DNA of 48,368 nucleotides from Minisyncoccota bacterium (GCA_017992305.1 JAGOOX010000001.1:1-48368), one strand, 5' to 3'. Positions 26,812 to 35,474 are shown, counted from the first letter of the stretch. Made by a program: numbers and translations. The notes: generated by a model not told the origin, from the sequence alone.

Positions 26812-26845
26812 ACAAATTTATACTAATTTCTAACCTAATTAAAAG

Positions 26846-27253
26846 ATGATCAAGCAACAAATTATAAAACTTTATAAAAATACAAATAATAGAATTTTGT
26901 TTTTTATAGCTTTATTAATGACAAGCTTTGTTCAACCAGTTCGCGCTGCTGGACTAGTGCCTTGCGAGGGTGTTGATGATTGTAATTTTGGCAAACTTGT
27001 TGAGCTGTTAAATAATATTGCCAGTTTTGTAATGTTTAGATTGCCAATATTGCTATTGGTAATTGTTTTTGCATGGAACGGGGTAATGCTAATTTATAAA
27101 AGCGACCGCGCGGGTACATTAAAAACTATTAAAAAAAATATGCTAAACGTTTTATGGGGTTATTTACTAGTGGTTGGTGCATATATAATTGTTAAAACAT
27201 TTATTATGCTGATTGCTGGTCAAGAGTTATCATTTAAGGTATTCTTTAATTAA
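26846..27253 (+). CDS. TrbC/VirB2-like 'T4SS pilin' family small membrane protein, paralogue 1
   Basis: Signal peptide ending VRA-AG, GLVPCEGVDDCNF motif, then two hydrophobic helices separated by a charged loop (KSDRAGTLKTIKK). Confidence 0.55.
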   Translation: MIKQQIIKLYKNTNNRILFFIALLMTSFVQPVRAAGLVPCEGVDDCNFGKLVELLNNIASFVMFRLPILLLVIVFAWNGVMLIYKSDRAGTLKTIKKNMLNVLWGYLLVVGAYIIVKTFIMLIAGQELSFKVFFN

Positions 27254-27254
27254 G

Positions 27255-27803
27255 ATGAAAAAAATATTCAATAAAAATTTAAAATTTGTAACTATTTTTA
27301 GCATAGTTTTTTTGGCTTTGTTTGTGTTTGGCGGGCATCGTGTTTTAGCTCAATTTAATACTGCAAACGACCCCTTTTTTGACCCGCTCAATGATACAAA
27401 AAAACCGGTAGACCTAAAACTTACAAACACCAATACTCCACCTACAGGGGGTAACCCTACTGGGGGCGCAGGGGGTAACCCGGCCCAAGGTGGTGCAGGT
27501 GGTCCCGGGACTGAAAAAAGTGGTCTACAAATAACCTTAACAAATCCCTTAAAATCAAATAGTTTAGAGGATTTTATACAAATAGTTTTAGGTGTTATTT
27601 TAAAGTTTTTAATACCTATTTTGGCTATATTATTTATGTACACTGGCTTTAAGTTAATTATAGCCAAAGGCGAGCCGGCGGCTTTGAAGGCAGCAAAGCA
27701 AGACTTTTTAAACCTAGTTATTGGTTCAGTATTAATACTGGGCGCATGGACGTTTGGTAACATTATTATGAACACATTAAAAGAAGTGGGTATTTTAAAT
27801 TAA
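27255..27803 (+). CDS. TrbC/VirB2-like 'T4SS pilin' family protein, paralogue 2, with a Gly/Pro-rich linker
   Basis: Start ATG 27255 (MKKIFNK...), signal peptide ...VLA-Q, PPTGGNPTGGAGGNPAQGGAGGPG linker, then LTNPLKSNSLEDFI...two TM helices with the loop AKGEPAALKAAKQD. Confidence 0.6.
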   Translation: MKKIFNKNLKFVTIFSIVFLALFVFGGHRVLAQFNTANDPFFDPLNDTKKPVDLKLTNTNTPPTGGNPTGGAGGNPAQGGAGGPGTEKSGLQITLTNPLKSNSLEDFIQIVLGVILKFLIPILAILFMYTGFKLIIAKGEPAALKAAKQDFLNLVIGSVLILGAWTFGNIIMNTLKEVGILN

Positions 27804-27829
27804 ATAGTTAAATAACTAATTGCATTAAT

Positions 27830-28216
27830 ATGAAAAATATAACAAATAAAATTTTAACAATTGTTGCCCTGGCGTTTGCGCCTCTTTCGGTTTTTGCTCA
27901 AAATAGAAGCGCTTCGTTGTGTGGGCCTATTAAATATTCACAATCATTGCAAAGCTATTTGTGCGAGGCATACAGGCTAGTTGGTTATTATTTAATACCT
28001 TTATTGACACTGGCTGCACTGGGTTGGTTTATGTGGAACGCAATAATGTTAATTAAAAATGCAAATGTTGAAAAACTTCGCGGTGAATACAAAATTGCCA
28101 TGATGTGGGGCTTGGTAGCACTGTTTGTTATGGTTTCGGTTTGGGGTATTGTGGGCATAATGGGTGGTATTGTTGGTACTAATACATCGGTTATTCCACA
28201 AATTCGTTACAAATAG
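27830..28216 (+). CDS. TrbC/VirB2-like pilin family protein, paralogue 3
   Basis: Signal peptide ...SVFA-Q, two TM helices, loop KNANVEKLRGEYK. Confidence 0.55.
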   Translation: MKNITNKILTIVALAFAPLSVFAQNRSASLCGPIKYSQSLQSYLCEAYRLVGYYLIPLLTLAALGWFMWNAIMLIKNANVEKLRGEYKIAMMWGLVALFVMVSVWGIVGIMGGIVGTNTSVIPQIRYK

Positions 28217-28291
28217 TTGACTTTTTATATTAAATATATGGTACAATATGTTTATAAAAGGTTTTAATTTTTTATTAGTAATTAATTGTTT

Positions 28292-28690
28292 ATGAAAAAA
28301 GTATTATTGATTTTAGTTTCAGCTCTAACCCCATTGGTTGCATCTGCCCAATTTATAAATTTGGGTGGTGCGCCTAATTTTGGTTACGTTAGTAGCGGTG
28401 TTGACCAATTGTTTCGTATTGCGACAACGTATGTTATACCTACGTTAACTCTATTAGCATCAGCCTTCTTTATTTGGGGTGTTATTGGTTACATTAGAGC
28501 TGACACCAAAGAAAACAAAGAAAAGTCAAGACACGCCCTAGTACAAGGCATTATTGCGCTAGCTGTTATTGTGTCAGCTTGGGGTATTGTTAGATTGCTA
28601 CAAAACGTAGCTGGTGTTACGCCTTCGACTACAACAAACACAATTTGTCCACCTGGATACACACCTGTTGGAGCTATTTGTAGGCCTTAA
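28292..28690 (+). CDS. TrbC/VirB2-like pilin family protein, paralogue 4
   Basis: Start ATG 28292 (MKKVLLIL...), signal peptide ...VASA-Q, two TM helices, loop RADTKENKEKSRH, Cys-containing tail. Confidence 0.55.
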   Translation: MKKVLLILVSALTPLVASAQFINLGGAPNFGYVSSGVDQLFRIATTYVIPTLTLLASAFFIWGVIGYIRADTKENKEKSRHALVQGIIALAVIVSAWGIVRLLQNVAGVTPSTTTNTICPPGYTPVGAICRP

Positions 28691-28694
28691 ACAT

Positions 28695-29006
28695 ATGTTT
28701 ACAATTGCCTATGCAGCTGAAACCGGCGAAATAGTTAACGCTGTTTTTACAAAAATTGTTGACCCTGTTGTAATTTTCGGTTTCGTTGTTGCCTTTTTCT
28801 ACTTTATGTGGGGGATAGTGGCATTCATTCGTAATGCCGACAACTCAGCCAAACGCGACATTGGCAAACAGCATATTGGTTGGGGTTTAGTAGGATTGTT
28901 GGTAATGTTTAGTTGTTATACAATATTACAAATTATTGTTAATACACTAGATTTGCAATCACCCCCTAACGGGCCTGATTATCGAACAATCAATCAGCGC
29001 CAGTAA
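28695..29006 (+). CDS. TrbC/VirB2-like pilin family protein, paralogue 5 (short leader)
   Basis: Start ATG 28695, 4 nt after the previous stop. Two TM helices, loop RNADNSAKRDIGKQ. Confidence 0.5.
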   Translation: MFTIAYAAETGEIVNAVFTKIVDPVVIFGFVVAFFYFMWGIVAFIRNADNSAKRDIGKQHIGWGLVGLLVMFSCYTILQIIVNTLDLQSPPNGPDYRTINQRQ

Positions 29007-29010
29007 TAAT

Positions 29011-29042
29011 AAAACCCCGACTTAATTAATAGTCGGGGTTTT
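29011..29042. terminator. Bidirectional rho-independent terminator
   Basis: AAAACCCCGACT-taattaat-AGTCGGGGTTTT between convergent genes. Confidence 0.8.
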
Positions 29043-29047
29043 GATTT

Positions 29048-29677
29048 CTAGAAAAATCTTTTTAGAATCGGCCTACTGTAACCCTTTGTGTGTGTAAACA
29101 CAATTCTTTCGCCAGCTTTGAATTGTTCACCCGGTGTCAATAATAAAGGTATTATCTCGACATTCCCCAATGAGTCAGTTCTTTGTACTTGTTTCAGCCT
29201 AAGACCGTCTTCACCGGTACCAGAAACAATGACTTCTTCATTTGGGCCCAAGCCATCAATTCTATACTGCTGATAAGGTTCAAGGTGGGTAATAAGTCGA
29301 CCACCATTAAATTCAGTATAAGTAGTGTCGGATCGTGTTTGCACAACGTCTCTACTTGCAGTTACTGGATCTCTGTTTAGGTCACTACCTAATAGTTTTT
29401 TAGGTACGAAAATAAGAGAAGGTAAAAGTGCTATTACAAGCAATATTTTACCTCGCAAACTTCTACCCATTTGAAACGCCAGTATTGCTATAAGTAAGGT
29501 AGTGATCGTGAACCAGAAATACCATGTCCATGCCCAAACTTCCCAAACTGAAGGAAAGCTCAGCTTTAGGGCCATTACGGATAAAACAATAATCGCTAGA
29601 CTGGATGTAATTTTAAACTTCCAGTTAGATCCTAAGATATTTTGAATGAAACTCGCTATTAATATAAATGTTCTCAT
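29048..29677 (-). CDS. Membrane protein (3-4 TM) with a beta-rich C-terminal domain; possible NfeD-like partner of the upstream SPFH gene
   Basis: Start moved to ATG 29677 (MRTFILIAS...). Trp-rich TM region, soluble C-terminal ~110 aa. Confidence 0.5.
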   Translation of the reverse strand: MRTFILIASFIQNILGSNWKFKITSSLAIIVLSVMALKLSFPSVWEVWAWTWYFWFTITTLLIAILAFQMGRSLRGKILLVIALLPSLIFVPKKLLGSDLNRDPVTASRDVVQTRSDTTYTEFNGGRLITHLEPYQQYRIDGLGPNEEVIVSGTGEDGLRLKQVQRTDSLGNVEIIPLLLTPGEQFKAGERIVFTHTKGYSRPILKRFF

Positions 29678-29781
29678 GATTTTTATTTCTAACTTAATTA
29701 TAGCATATACTACGAAAAAAGTCAAATAAAAAAGCCCTATTTGATTAGTATCAAATAGGGCTACTCTGGGGGATTTTAGTT

Positions 29782-31299
29782 TTACGGTCTGTTTTTCATT
29801 GCTTCGGCAACCTCTTTTAGGGCTTGAACAATTAATACTGTTGATACGGAATTGTCTGCAGGTCCTGAATTACCAGGCGCTGCTACATTATTATTATTAT
29901 CTTTAATAATAACAGTTCCTTTAGCGCCAGCATACTGCTTGGCTACCTCAAGAGCATATTCTGCATCAATAATAATTTGTGCATCAACGCCATTTGCCTT
30001 GGCCGTCTTTAAGAGATTACTTAAGGCTTTTACTTCAACTACATTCATTTCTTTGGCGCCTTTGGCTTTAGCTAAGAGGTCCATTTTGGTGAGCATTGCC
30101 GCGGCCTTGTTCAAAAGAGTGTTCTTGCCAGCCTCTTCTTTACCCTTAACTTTTATGTTGTAGGCTTCACCTTCAGATACTCTTTTACTAGTATAAAGGT
30201 CTTTATCAGCGTCTATTGCCTCCTTTTCTTTTTTGGCTTTAGCAATTGAAATATTGATTTGAGCTTCATGCATATCTTTAGGTGCATGCAGGGCTGAAAC
30301 TGATGAAGTACGAATATTTAAACCAAGTTCCTGGCTTTCATTAAGCTTGCTTACTTTTTTTAATAATTCATAAGACATTGCGCCAACGCGTAATAATGCT
30401 GCCAATTTACCATAAGGGAACTTTTTAAAAATTTCGTTTAGTACAGCCTTTGTATTAGCAACCATTTGACTGATTATGTACTCGCGTCTTTTTTCTTCGG
30501 TTTGACCCTCAACGTTTTTCCAAAACAGTTCAATGTTGTGCTGCCATTTAGTATCATCTTGAATGTCAATATCTATTACCAAGTTAACTTCGGGGAACAG
30601 GGTTGTTTGAGTATGCATAACAGCATCCTTTTCCTCTTGTTCCCATACTTTTTTTGCTATTTCAATCTCGGTATTGTTTGGCTGGGCATCCTCGTACGCA
30701 CCTCTAGTTATACCAGCTAAGACTTCTCTTTTTCTAGCAATAGCAACAGAATACATTTCAATAAAATCTTTTTTGTAGGATTTTGATTGGTCAGCGGTCG
30801 ATGTTCCGATTGCAAAATCAGGATTTGCACCACCGGTTTTGTTAAATAAAATCTCTATGTTTTTATTACTTCGAGATTCTACTGTAAAGATGGGGTTATG
30901 AATATATGGACCACCTCTTCTAAAGTGGCCAACTATTTTACCCTCAACTGTTAGTATTCCTACGTGGTCAACTGGAACTTCCCGTATCTCTTGTTTGAAT
31001 AACGTAAGGAACAAAGCAATTTTTGATGTCGTATAATAAATGTTTTTATAATAGTCATCGATAAACACAAACGGTATGAAACCGTCGTCAGATTGATTTA
31101 TTGTTTGATTCTTCTGCACTGGATTGTAAATAACTCCCTGGCTTGCCAGTATCATCCAAATTAGAATCGGGATGAAAATTGCAAGAGTGCAGCCAACAAT
31201 TACGAGCTCTGTTTTTTCTATGAATGTTAGGGAACAGATCACCCCAGCTATGATTACTATCAATACGATAACAAGCATGTTTTTCGTTTTTATCCTCAT
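29782..31299 (-). CDS. SPFH/band-7 (flotillin-like) membrane protein, 505 aa
   Basis: Two N-terminal TM helices. VPVDHVGILTVEGKIVGHFRRGGPYIHNPIF matches the start of the SPFH domain. LGLNIRTSSVSALHAPKDMHEAQ...EGEA plus an Ala/Lys-rich coiled-coil tail. Confidence 0.55.
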   Translation of the reverse strand: MRIKTKNMLVIVLIVIIAGVICSLTFIEKTELVIVGCTLAIFIPILIWMILASQGVIYNPVQKNQTINQSDDGFIPFVFIDDYYKNIYYTTSKIALFLTLFKQEIREVPVDHVGILTVEGKIVGHFRRGGPYIHNPIFTVESRSNKNIEILFNKTGGANPDFAIGTSTADQSKSYKKDFIEMYSVAIARKREVLAGITRGAYEDAQPNNTEIEIAKKVWEQEEKDAVMHTQTTLFPEVNLVIDIDIQDDTKWQHNIELFWKNVEGQTEEKRREYIISQMVANTKAVLNEIFKKFPYGKLAALLRVGAMSYELLKKVSKLNESQELGLNIRTSSVSALHAPKDMHEAQINISIAKAKKEKEAIDADKDLYTSKRVSEGEAYNIKVKGKEEAGKNTLLNKAAAMLTKMDLLAKAKGAKEMNVVEVKALSNLLKTAKANGVDAQIIIDAEYALEVAKQYAGAKGTVIIKDNNNNVAAPGNSGPADNSVSTVLIVQALKEVAEAMKNRP

Positions 31300-31325
31300 T
31301 TTTAATGTTCTATATTTCAGTCTAC

Positions 31326-31354
31326 ATTATAGCAAACTTTATATAAAAAGTCAA
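31326..31354 (-). promoter_or_regulatory. Promoter (minus strand) TTGACT-17 nt-TATAAT for the SPFH gene, directly after a terminator hairpin
   Basis: Plus-strand agtcaa 31349-31354 and attata 31326-31331. Hairpin aaaaaccctt..aagggattttt lies just upstream on the minus strand. Confidence 0.65.
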
Positions 31355-31436
31355 GTTAAAAATCCCTTATAAACAAGGGTTTTTTATACAAAAACAGCCC
31401 CTTTTTTAAGGGGCTGTAGTATGCGTAAAGAACTTT

Positions 31437-32645
31437 TTAGCTAGATGTGCTTGAACTGTTGTTGCTAGTCTGCTGCATGCGTCTTCTGATGTCAGCGGCT
31501 CTTTCGTTGGAGTTCTGAATCAGTTGTACATGCTCTATGGCTCTTTCAAAAACGAATGAATCGCTTTTTGAGAAGAACTTTAACAATACAGGTATCGCCT
31601 CAATGAAGAAAAACATAAAGAACACTGCCCAAATGATTGGGTTTCTGCCAGCGATGTCGTTTAACACGTCTAACATAAATGCCAAACCATTTACCGGCCT
31701 TGCTAATACTTTTTCAATCAGGACTTGTTCGGCTGTGTCAATATCGGCCAGGTCAGCTTTTGCTTTTACTCGGGCTTTTTCAAGCTCTTTGGTGTAAACA
31801 TCAACTGATTGAGCTGCAACAGATTCTGTTTTGGCAGCATTTCTTTCAGCTATGAGGTTCTCCTTCAGTGCTTCGTAGCGCGAAATTGTTTCGCGAATAC
31901 CTTTTGCAACAGATCCATCACCAGCTCGGCCAGATACTCCACCTGGGCCTTTGATCTCGTAGGGGAGTTTTGAACTCCAAAACTTGATTGAGTCATCGGT
32001 TGCAGTGATCTTTTCCTCGTAGCTTTGAGCTAGAGTAGCCAGGTCAGCTTGCATTTTTCCAAGGGCGTCCTCAGCCTTTTTTACAGTGTTTACTACTGAG
32101 TCTTTTTGATGTTTGAGTGAATCAGATATGGCAGCGGTTTCGCTGTCCTGACGTATCTTAATTTCAGCCGTTATTTCCGGCTTAAACATAATCACCCTGA
32201 TCATCTCACTGTTAAAATAACAGATGAAGAAAATCATTACAAAACGAAGTAATAGCCAACCAAAGCCGGCACTGGAATTCTTTTCGATGTGTTCATGATC
32301 GAAAGTTCCTTCCTTCATGGCTTTGGCTACTTTTCGAACTGAGATCACATCCATCTGCTGTAGAATTGATCGTTCAAGCATTAGCATAATCATGAACCAA
32401 AATGGTCCCACGAGGTAACCCCATGGACCCATTGGTATGAACCAGGCTACTGATGCAAGCACTGCTGATACTAATGCAACCACGAATACTACAATACCTG
32501 CAGTAATACGTTTTTGCTTGTCATCGGGTAAGGTTTTTTTGAAAGCGGCAAGGGTGCTTCCACCACATGCTGCAAAAAACAGGCTGATAGGGCTCGAGTG
32601 ATGAGCCTCTAAAGAGTTGAGGTATTGGTTATCTGTGTTGTTCAT
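31437..32645 (-). CDS. DUF4407-like membrane protein (TM pairs flanking a long coiled coil)
   Basis: N-terminal FFAACGGSTLAAFKKTLPDDKQKRITAGIVVF...ERSILQQMD pattern, central coiled coil, C-terminal TM (IIWAVFFMFFFIEAIPVLLKF). Confidence 0.55.
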   Translation of the reverse strand: MNNTDNQYLNSLEAHHSSPISLFFAACGGSTLAAFKKTLPDDKQKRITAGIVVFVVALVSAVLASVAWFIPMGPWGYLVGPFWFMIMLMLERSILQQMDVISVRKVAKAMKEGTFDHEHIEKNSSAGFGWLLLRFVMIFFICYFNSEMIRVIMFKPEITAEIKIRQDSETAAISDSLKHQKDSVVNTVKKAEDALGKMQADLATLAQSYEEKITATDDSIKFWSSKLPYEIKGPGGVSGRAGDGSVAKGIRETISRYEALKENLIAERNAAKTESVAAQSVDVYTKELEKARVKAKADLADIDTAEQVLIEKVLARPVNGLAFMLDVLNDIAGRNPIIWAVFFMFFFIEAIPVLLKFFSKSDSFVFERAIEHVQLIQNSNERAADIRRRMQQTSNNSSSTSS

Positions 32646-32674
32646 CTTTTTTGTGTTTTTTAAATCCTGCTATA

Positions 32675-32703
32675 ATGATAGCATATAATAAATAAAAAGT
32701 CAA
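32675..32703 (-). promoter_or_regulatory. Promoter (minus strand) TTGACT-17 nt-TATCAT for the DUF4407-like gene
   Basis: Plus-strand agtcaa 32698-32703 and atgata 32675-32680. Preceded on the minus strand by the hairpin aaaagctctt..aagggcttttt. Confidence 0.6.
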
Positions 32704-32784
32704 GCTAAAAAGCCCTTATCTATAAGAGCTTTTTGGGCAAAAGAAAAGGGTTTTTGTACAAAAAATGCAACAAAACCCCTTGTA

Positions 32785-32994
32785 TTAAATAGTAACTTTA
32801 AATATGAGCGAAAGTATTTTAATTATTGCCCATATTAAATATGCACTACTGACCCATATGACTAAGGCAAAAACCATTTCTTTTTTTTTGCCTTTGCCTA
32901 GTAATAGGCCAATTGTTCCGACTTTGAACATTTCAAATTTATTTTTTTTATTCTCGATAAAGTCGCTATCTAGAATAATTTCTTTATCTTTCAT
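32785..32994 (-). CDS. Small membrane protein (69 aa)
   Basis: Strong dedicated promoter. C-terminal TM FALVIWVSSAYLIWAIIKILSLIF. Confidence 0.5.
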   Translation of the reverse strand: MKDKEIILDSDFIENKKNKFEMFKVGTIGLLLGKGKKKEMVFALVIWVSSAYLIWAIIKILSLIFKVTI

Positions 32995-33015
32995 CTCTGA
33001 CTAATTACGTATTAC

Positions 33016-33044
33016 ATATTAGCATACTAAATAGCCTTTGTCAA
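33016..33044 (-). promoter_or_regulatory. Promoter (minus strand) TTGACA-17 nt-TAATAT (TGc extended)
   Basis: Plus-strand tgtcaa 33039-33044 and atatta 33016-33021. Confidence 0.6.
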
Positions 33045-33107
33045 TATCTGTAATAAGTCAAAAACTGAATTTATAGTTTGTTTAGTTAATGTTTATAAAA
33101 CGTTTTA

Positions 33108-33116
33108 TGTTATAAT
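33108..33116 (+). promoter_or_regulatory. Extended -10 (TGtTATAAT) 6 nt upstream of ATG 33123; leaderless geometry
   Basis: TG 33108-33109, TATAAT 33111-33116. Confidence 0.55.
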
Positions 33117-33122
33117 ATTTTT

Positions 33123-35009
33123 ATGGAAAGTTTTAACCCTAATGAGTCTGATAATAATTTAGACAATTACTTAGATAAAAAATTAAATTCTGAAAAAAGC
33201 CCAGAACATGAGCCCGAAGTTCTTTTTAAAGATAAAAATTTTTTAGGTAAAACTAGAGAAATTATTTCATCTATTGGTGAGGCTTTTGGTGATATGCCAG
33301 TGCTTATGAAGGCGACCCTTATATCTACCGTCGCTTTTTTTACGGCACTTCCTGTTGTTGAACAGGGGAAACGTATGTATGCTGATAATGAGTATGATAA
33401 AGCCAAAGAGATGTTGCATGAATATGTAATAAACAACACTCCTGAAACTCCAACCCCATTTCAGGTTGATCAAGAAAAATACGACAAAGCAGTAGAGATG
33501 TTTGGTCAGGATAATTTATGGTGGCTTGAAGAAGCCGAGACCGATAATACAGATAAGGAAAATTTCGACTATGACACTGCAAGTATAAACAGGGGGATAA
33601 AACATTATGAAACAAAGAGGGGTGTTTTTGACTATGTATTCAAATCATCATATTCAATACCTAGGTTTTTTAGTGAAAACCACTATCTTCAAGACGCAAA
33701 AGACATTCAGGATCGAATAAACAAATTACCTAAGTATTCAGAAAACCAAACAGGTAAAAGTCTTGATTCAACAACCATTTCGTATGACTCTGATGCTGTT
33801 GTAGGGTTTAGGGACCGAGAAAATAAAAACAAATTTGATACGTTACGAAAAGAAACTTTTAAAAAGATAATTTATGAAACGTACCCCAAGAATTGGTTTA
33901 ATGGAGACATTAGTAGTATTGTTATGCATAATACCGGTGATCCAGATACCTCATATAATTACGGCAGTCCAGTTGTTGCCGCGGCACAAATGTCTAGAAA
34001 TAATCAAAAGATGGAGTTTTTTGATTATATGAATGAATTTGAAAATAATCCAGAATGGATGTTTAGTGTTCTGTCTCATGAGTCAGCTCACGCCAATGAC
34101 TGGGGCGCAATTGAGGGGCTAAATAAAAACGAGCGTCTTGATTTTTTAACATCTTTATCTGAAAGAATTTATGCACCTGATCGTTTTATAAGTTCTTATG
34201 TTGAAGATAAAATTGTAAATGAAAATTTAAAAGATAGATTATATAATAGGTCTGTTGAGTATTGGGCTGAAATTTGTGGCGAGTATTTTGCTAATGGTAA
34301 GGGCAACCTTTCGCCAAAAGACGTCAAAATTATTGATAAAATTATCAAAATAAAGGACACTGATTTCAGTATTGACGAAGCGTTGTCTAGGCGATTTGAA
34401 ATTATTCACAAAGATATTTATAAGGTTGGGCCCGAAAAAATGAAGTTACTTGATGACTTTAAGGCTATAATTAAATTACAAAAATTATCTAATGATTTTA
34501 GTCAAAAGTTTTATGATTTTATAAAAAAGAATAAAAATGTCGATAACGGAATAAATTATATTTTTAATGAAAAAAGTAAAAGGTATGAGTTGATAGAAGG
34601 CAATTCTGATACTGTTCTTGCGCAGGAGTGTATTGATGCAATAAATGCCAATCACGAACTATTTAAAAATAAAAAAATTGAATATGTGTTTGACCCCATT
34701 TCTAAACAGTTTAACCGTACTGGTGATAGTTTAAGTTTGGCCAAGTTTAAACAGTATGAGACTTTCATGACAGAACATGAAGACGTAATTCGTGATCTTC
34801 AATATTACATAGACGAAATCACTGATACATATGTTTTAAAGGGTCCAACCATAAATATGGCTTTGGCTAAAGAATATCTGCGATTAAGAAATGCTGAACA
34901 AGAATCATGGCAAAGAATCGTAAATAAGGTTAAAAAATTTAACATAAAAAACAAAGGATCTTCTGAGCTTAAACCATACAGAGGCTATGGTATGTATTCA
35001 AAATATTAA
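33123..35009 (+). CDS. Membrane-anchored HExxH zinc-metalloprotease-like protein (628 aa)
   Basis: TM MKATLISTVAFFTALPVV. HExxH in VLSHESAHANDW. Downstream VEYWAEICGEYFA (gluzincin-type third ligand, as in the anthrax-LF-like/MtfA-like families). Asn/Lys-rich C-terminal third. Confidence 0.6.
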   Translation: MESFNPNESDNNLDNYLDKKLNSEKSPEHEPEVLFKDKNFLGKTREIISSIGEAFGDMPVLMKATLISTVAFFTALPVVEQGKRMYADNEYDKAKEMLHEYVINNTPETPTPFQVDQEKYDKAVEMFGQDNLWWLEEAETDNTDKENFDYDTASINRGIKHYETKRGVFDYVFKSSYSIPRFFSENHYLQDAKDIQDRINKLPKYSENQTGKSLDSTTISYDSDAVVGFRDRENKNKFDTLRKETFKKIIYETYPKNWFNGDISSIVMHNTGDPDTSYNYGSPVVAAAQMSRNNQKMEFFDYMNEFENNPEWMFSVLSHESAHANDWGAIEGLNKNERLDFLTSLSERIYAPDRFISSYVEDKIVNENLKDRLYNRSVEYWAEICGEYFANGKGNLSPKDVKIIDKIIKIKDTDFSIDEALSRRFEIIHKDIYKVGPEKMKLLDDFKAIIKLQKLSNDFSQKFYDFIKKNKNVDNGINYIFNEKSKRYELIEGNSDTVLAQECIDAINANHELFKNKKIEYVFDPISKQFNRTGDSLSLAKFKQYETFMTEHEDVIRDLQYYIDEITDTYVLKGPTINMALAKEYLRLRNAEQESWQRIVNKVKKFNIKNKGSSELKPYRGYGMYSKY

Positions 35010-35010
35010 T

Positions 35011-35391
35011 ATGCAGATAATTGAATTTGTAAAACAACAAAATGAAAAGTTTACCTTTTACCAAGAAGGGGAGGTTTGGGTTTTAAAATTTAAAAATAAA
35101 GAAAAACAAAAACAAGCTGATGAATTTTTTATTAATTTACTTCAGGACTTAAAATTGCGGTCAATATATAAATACGTGCCAGTATTTAATGAATCTGAAG
35201 TTTCTGCCTTTATGGCTTATTTAAAAAAACAAGGTTTTACTATTAGGTGTCGTGATACTGAATTAGAAGAAAAACTTAAACATGCTTTGGTAATAATTAC
35301 CAAAAACAACCCACAAGATATTTCAGATCTGGTTAATGAAATGACTTATCACGATCAATTATTGATCGCCGATAAAATCGCTAAAGCGTAA
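35011..35391 (+). CDS. Hypothetical 126-aa protein, tightly coupled to the metalloprotease gene
   Basis: ATG 35011 lies one nucleotide after the upstream TAA (35007-35009). No motif recognised. Confidence 0.55.
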   Translation: MQIIEFVKQQNEKFTFYQEGEVWVLKFKNKEKQKQADEFFINLLQDLKLRSIYKYVPVFNESEVSAFMAYLKKQGFTIRCRDTELEEKLKHALVIITKNNPQDISDLVNEMTYHDQLLIADKIAKA

Positions 35392-35401
35392 ACCTAAATT
35401 G

Positions 35402-35474
35402 TCCGCCCGGTTGGATTCGAACCAACGACCCTCCGCTTAAGAGGCGGGTGCTCTACCAACTGAGCTACGGGCGG
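35402..35474 (-). tRNA. tRNA-Lys (anticodon CTT)
   Basis: The reverse complement folds as a cloverleaf: acceptor CCGCCCG/CGGGCGG, D-arm GCTCAGTTGGTAGAGC, anticodon loop CTCTTAA, T-arm GTTGGTTCGAATCCAAC. Confidence 0.9.
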
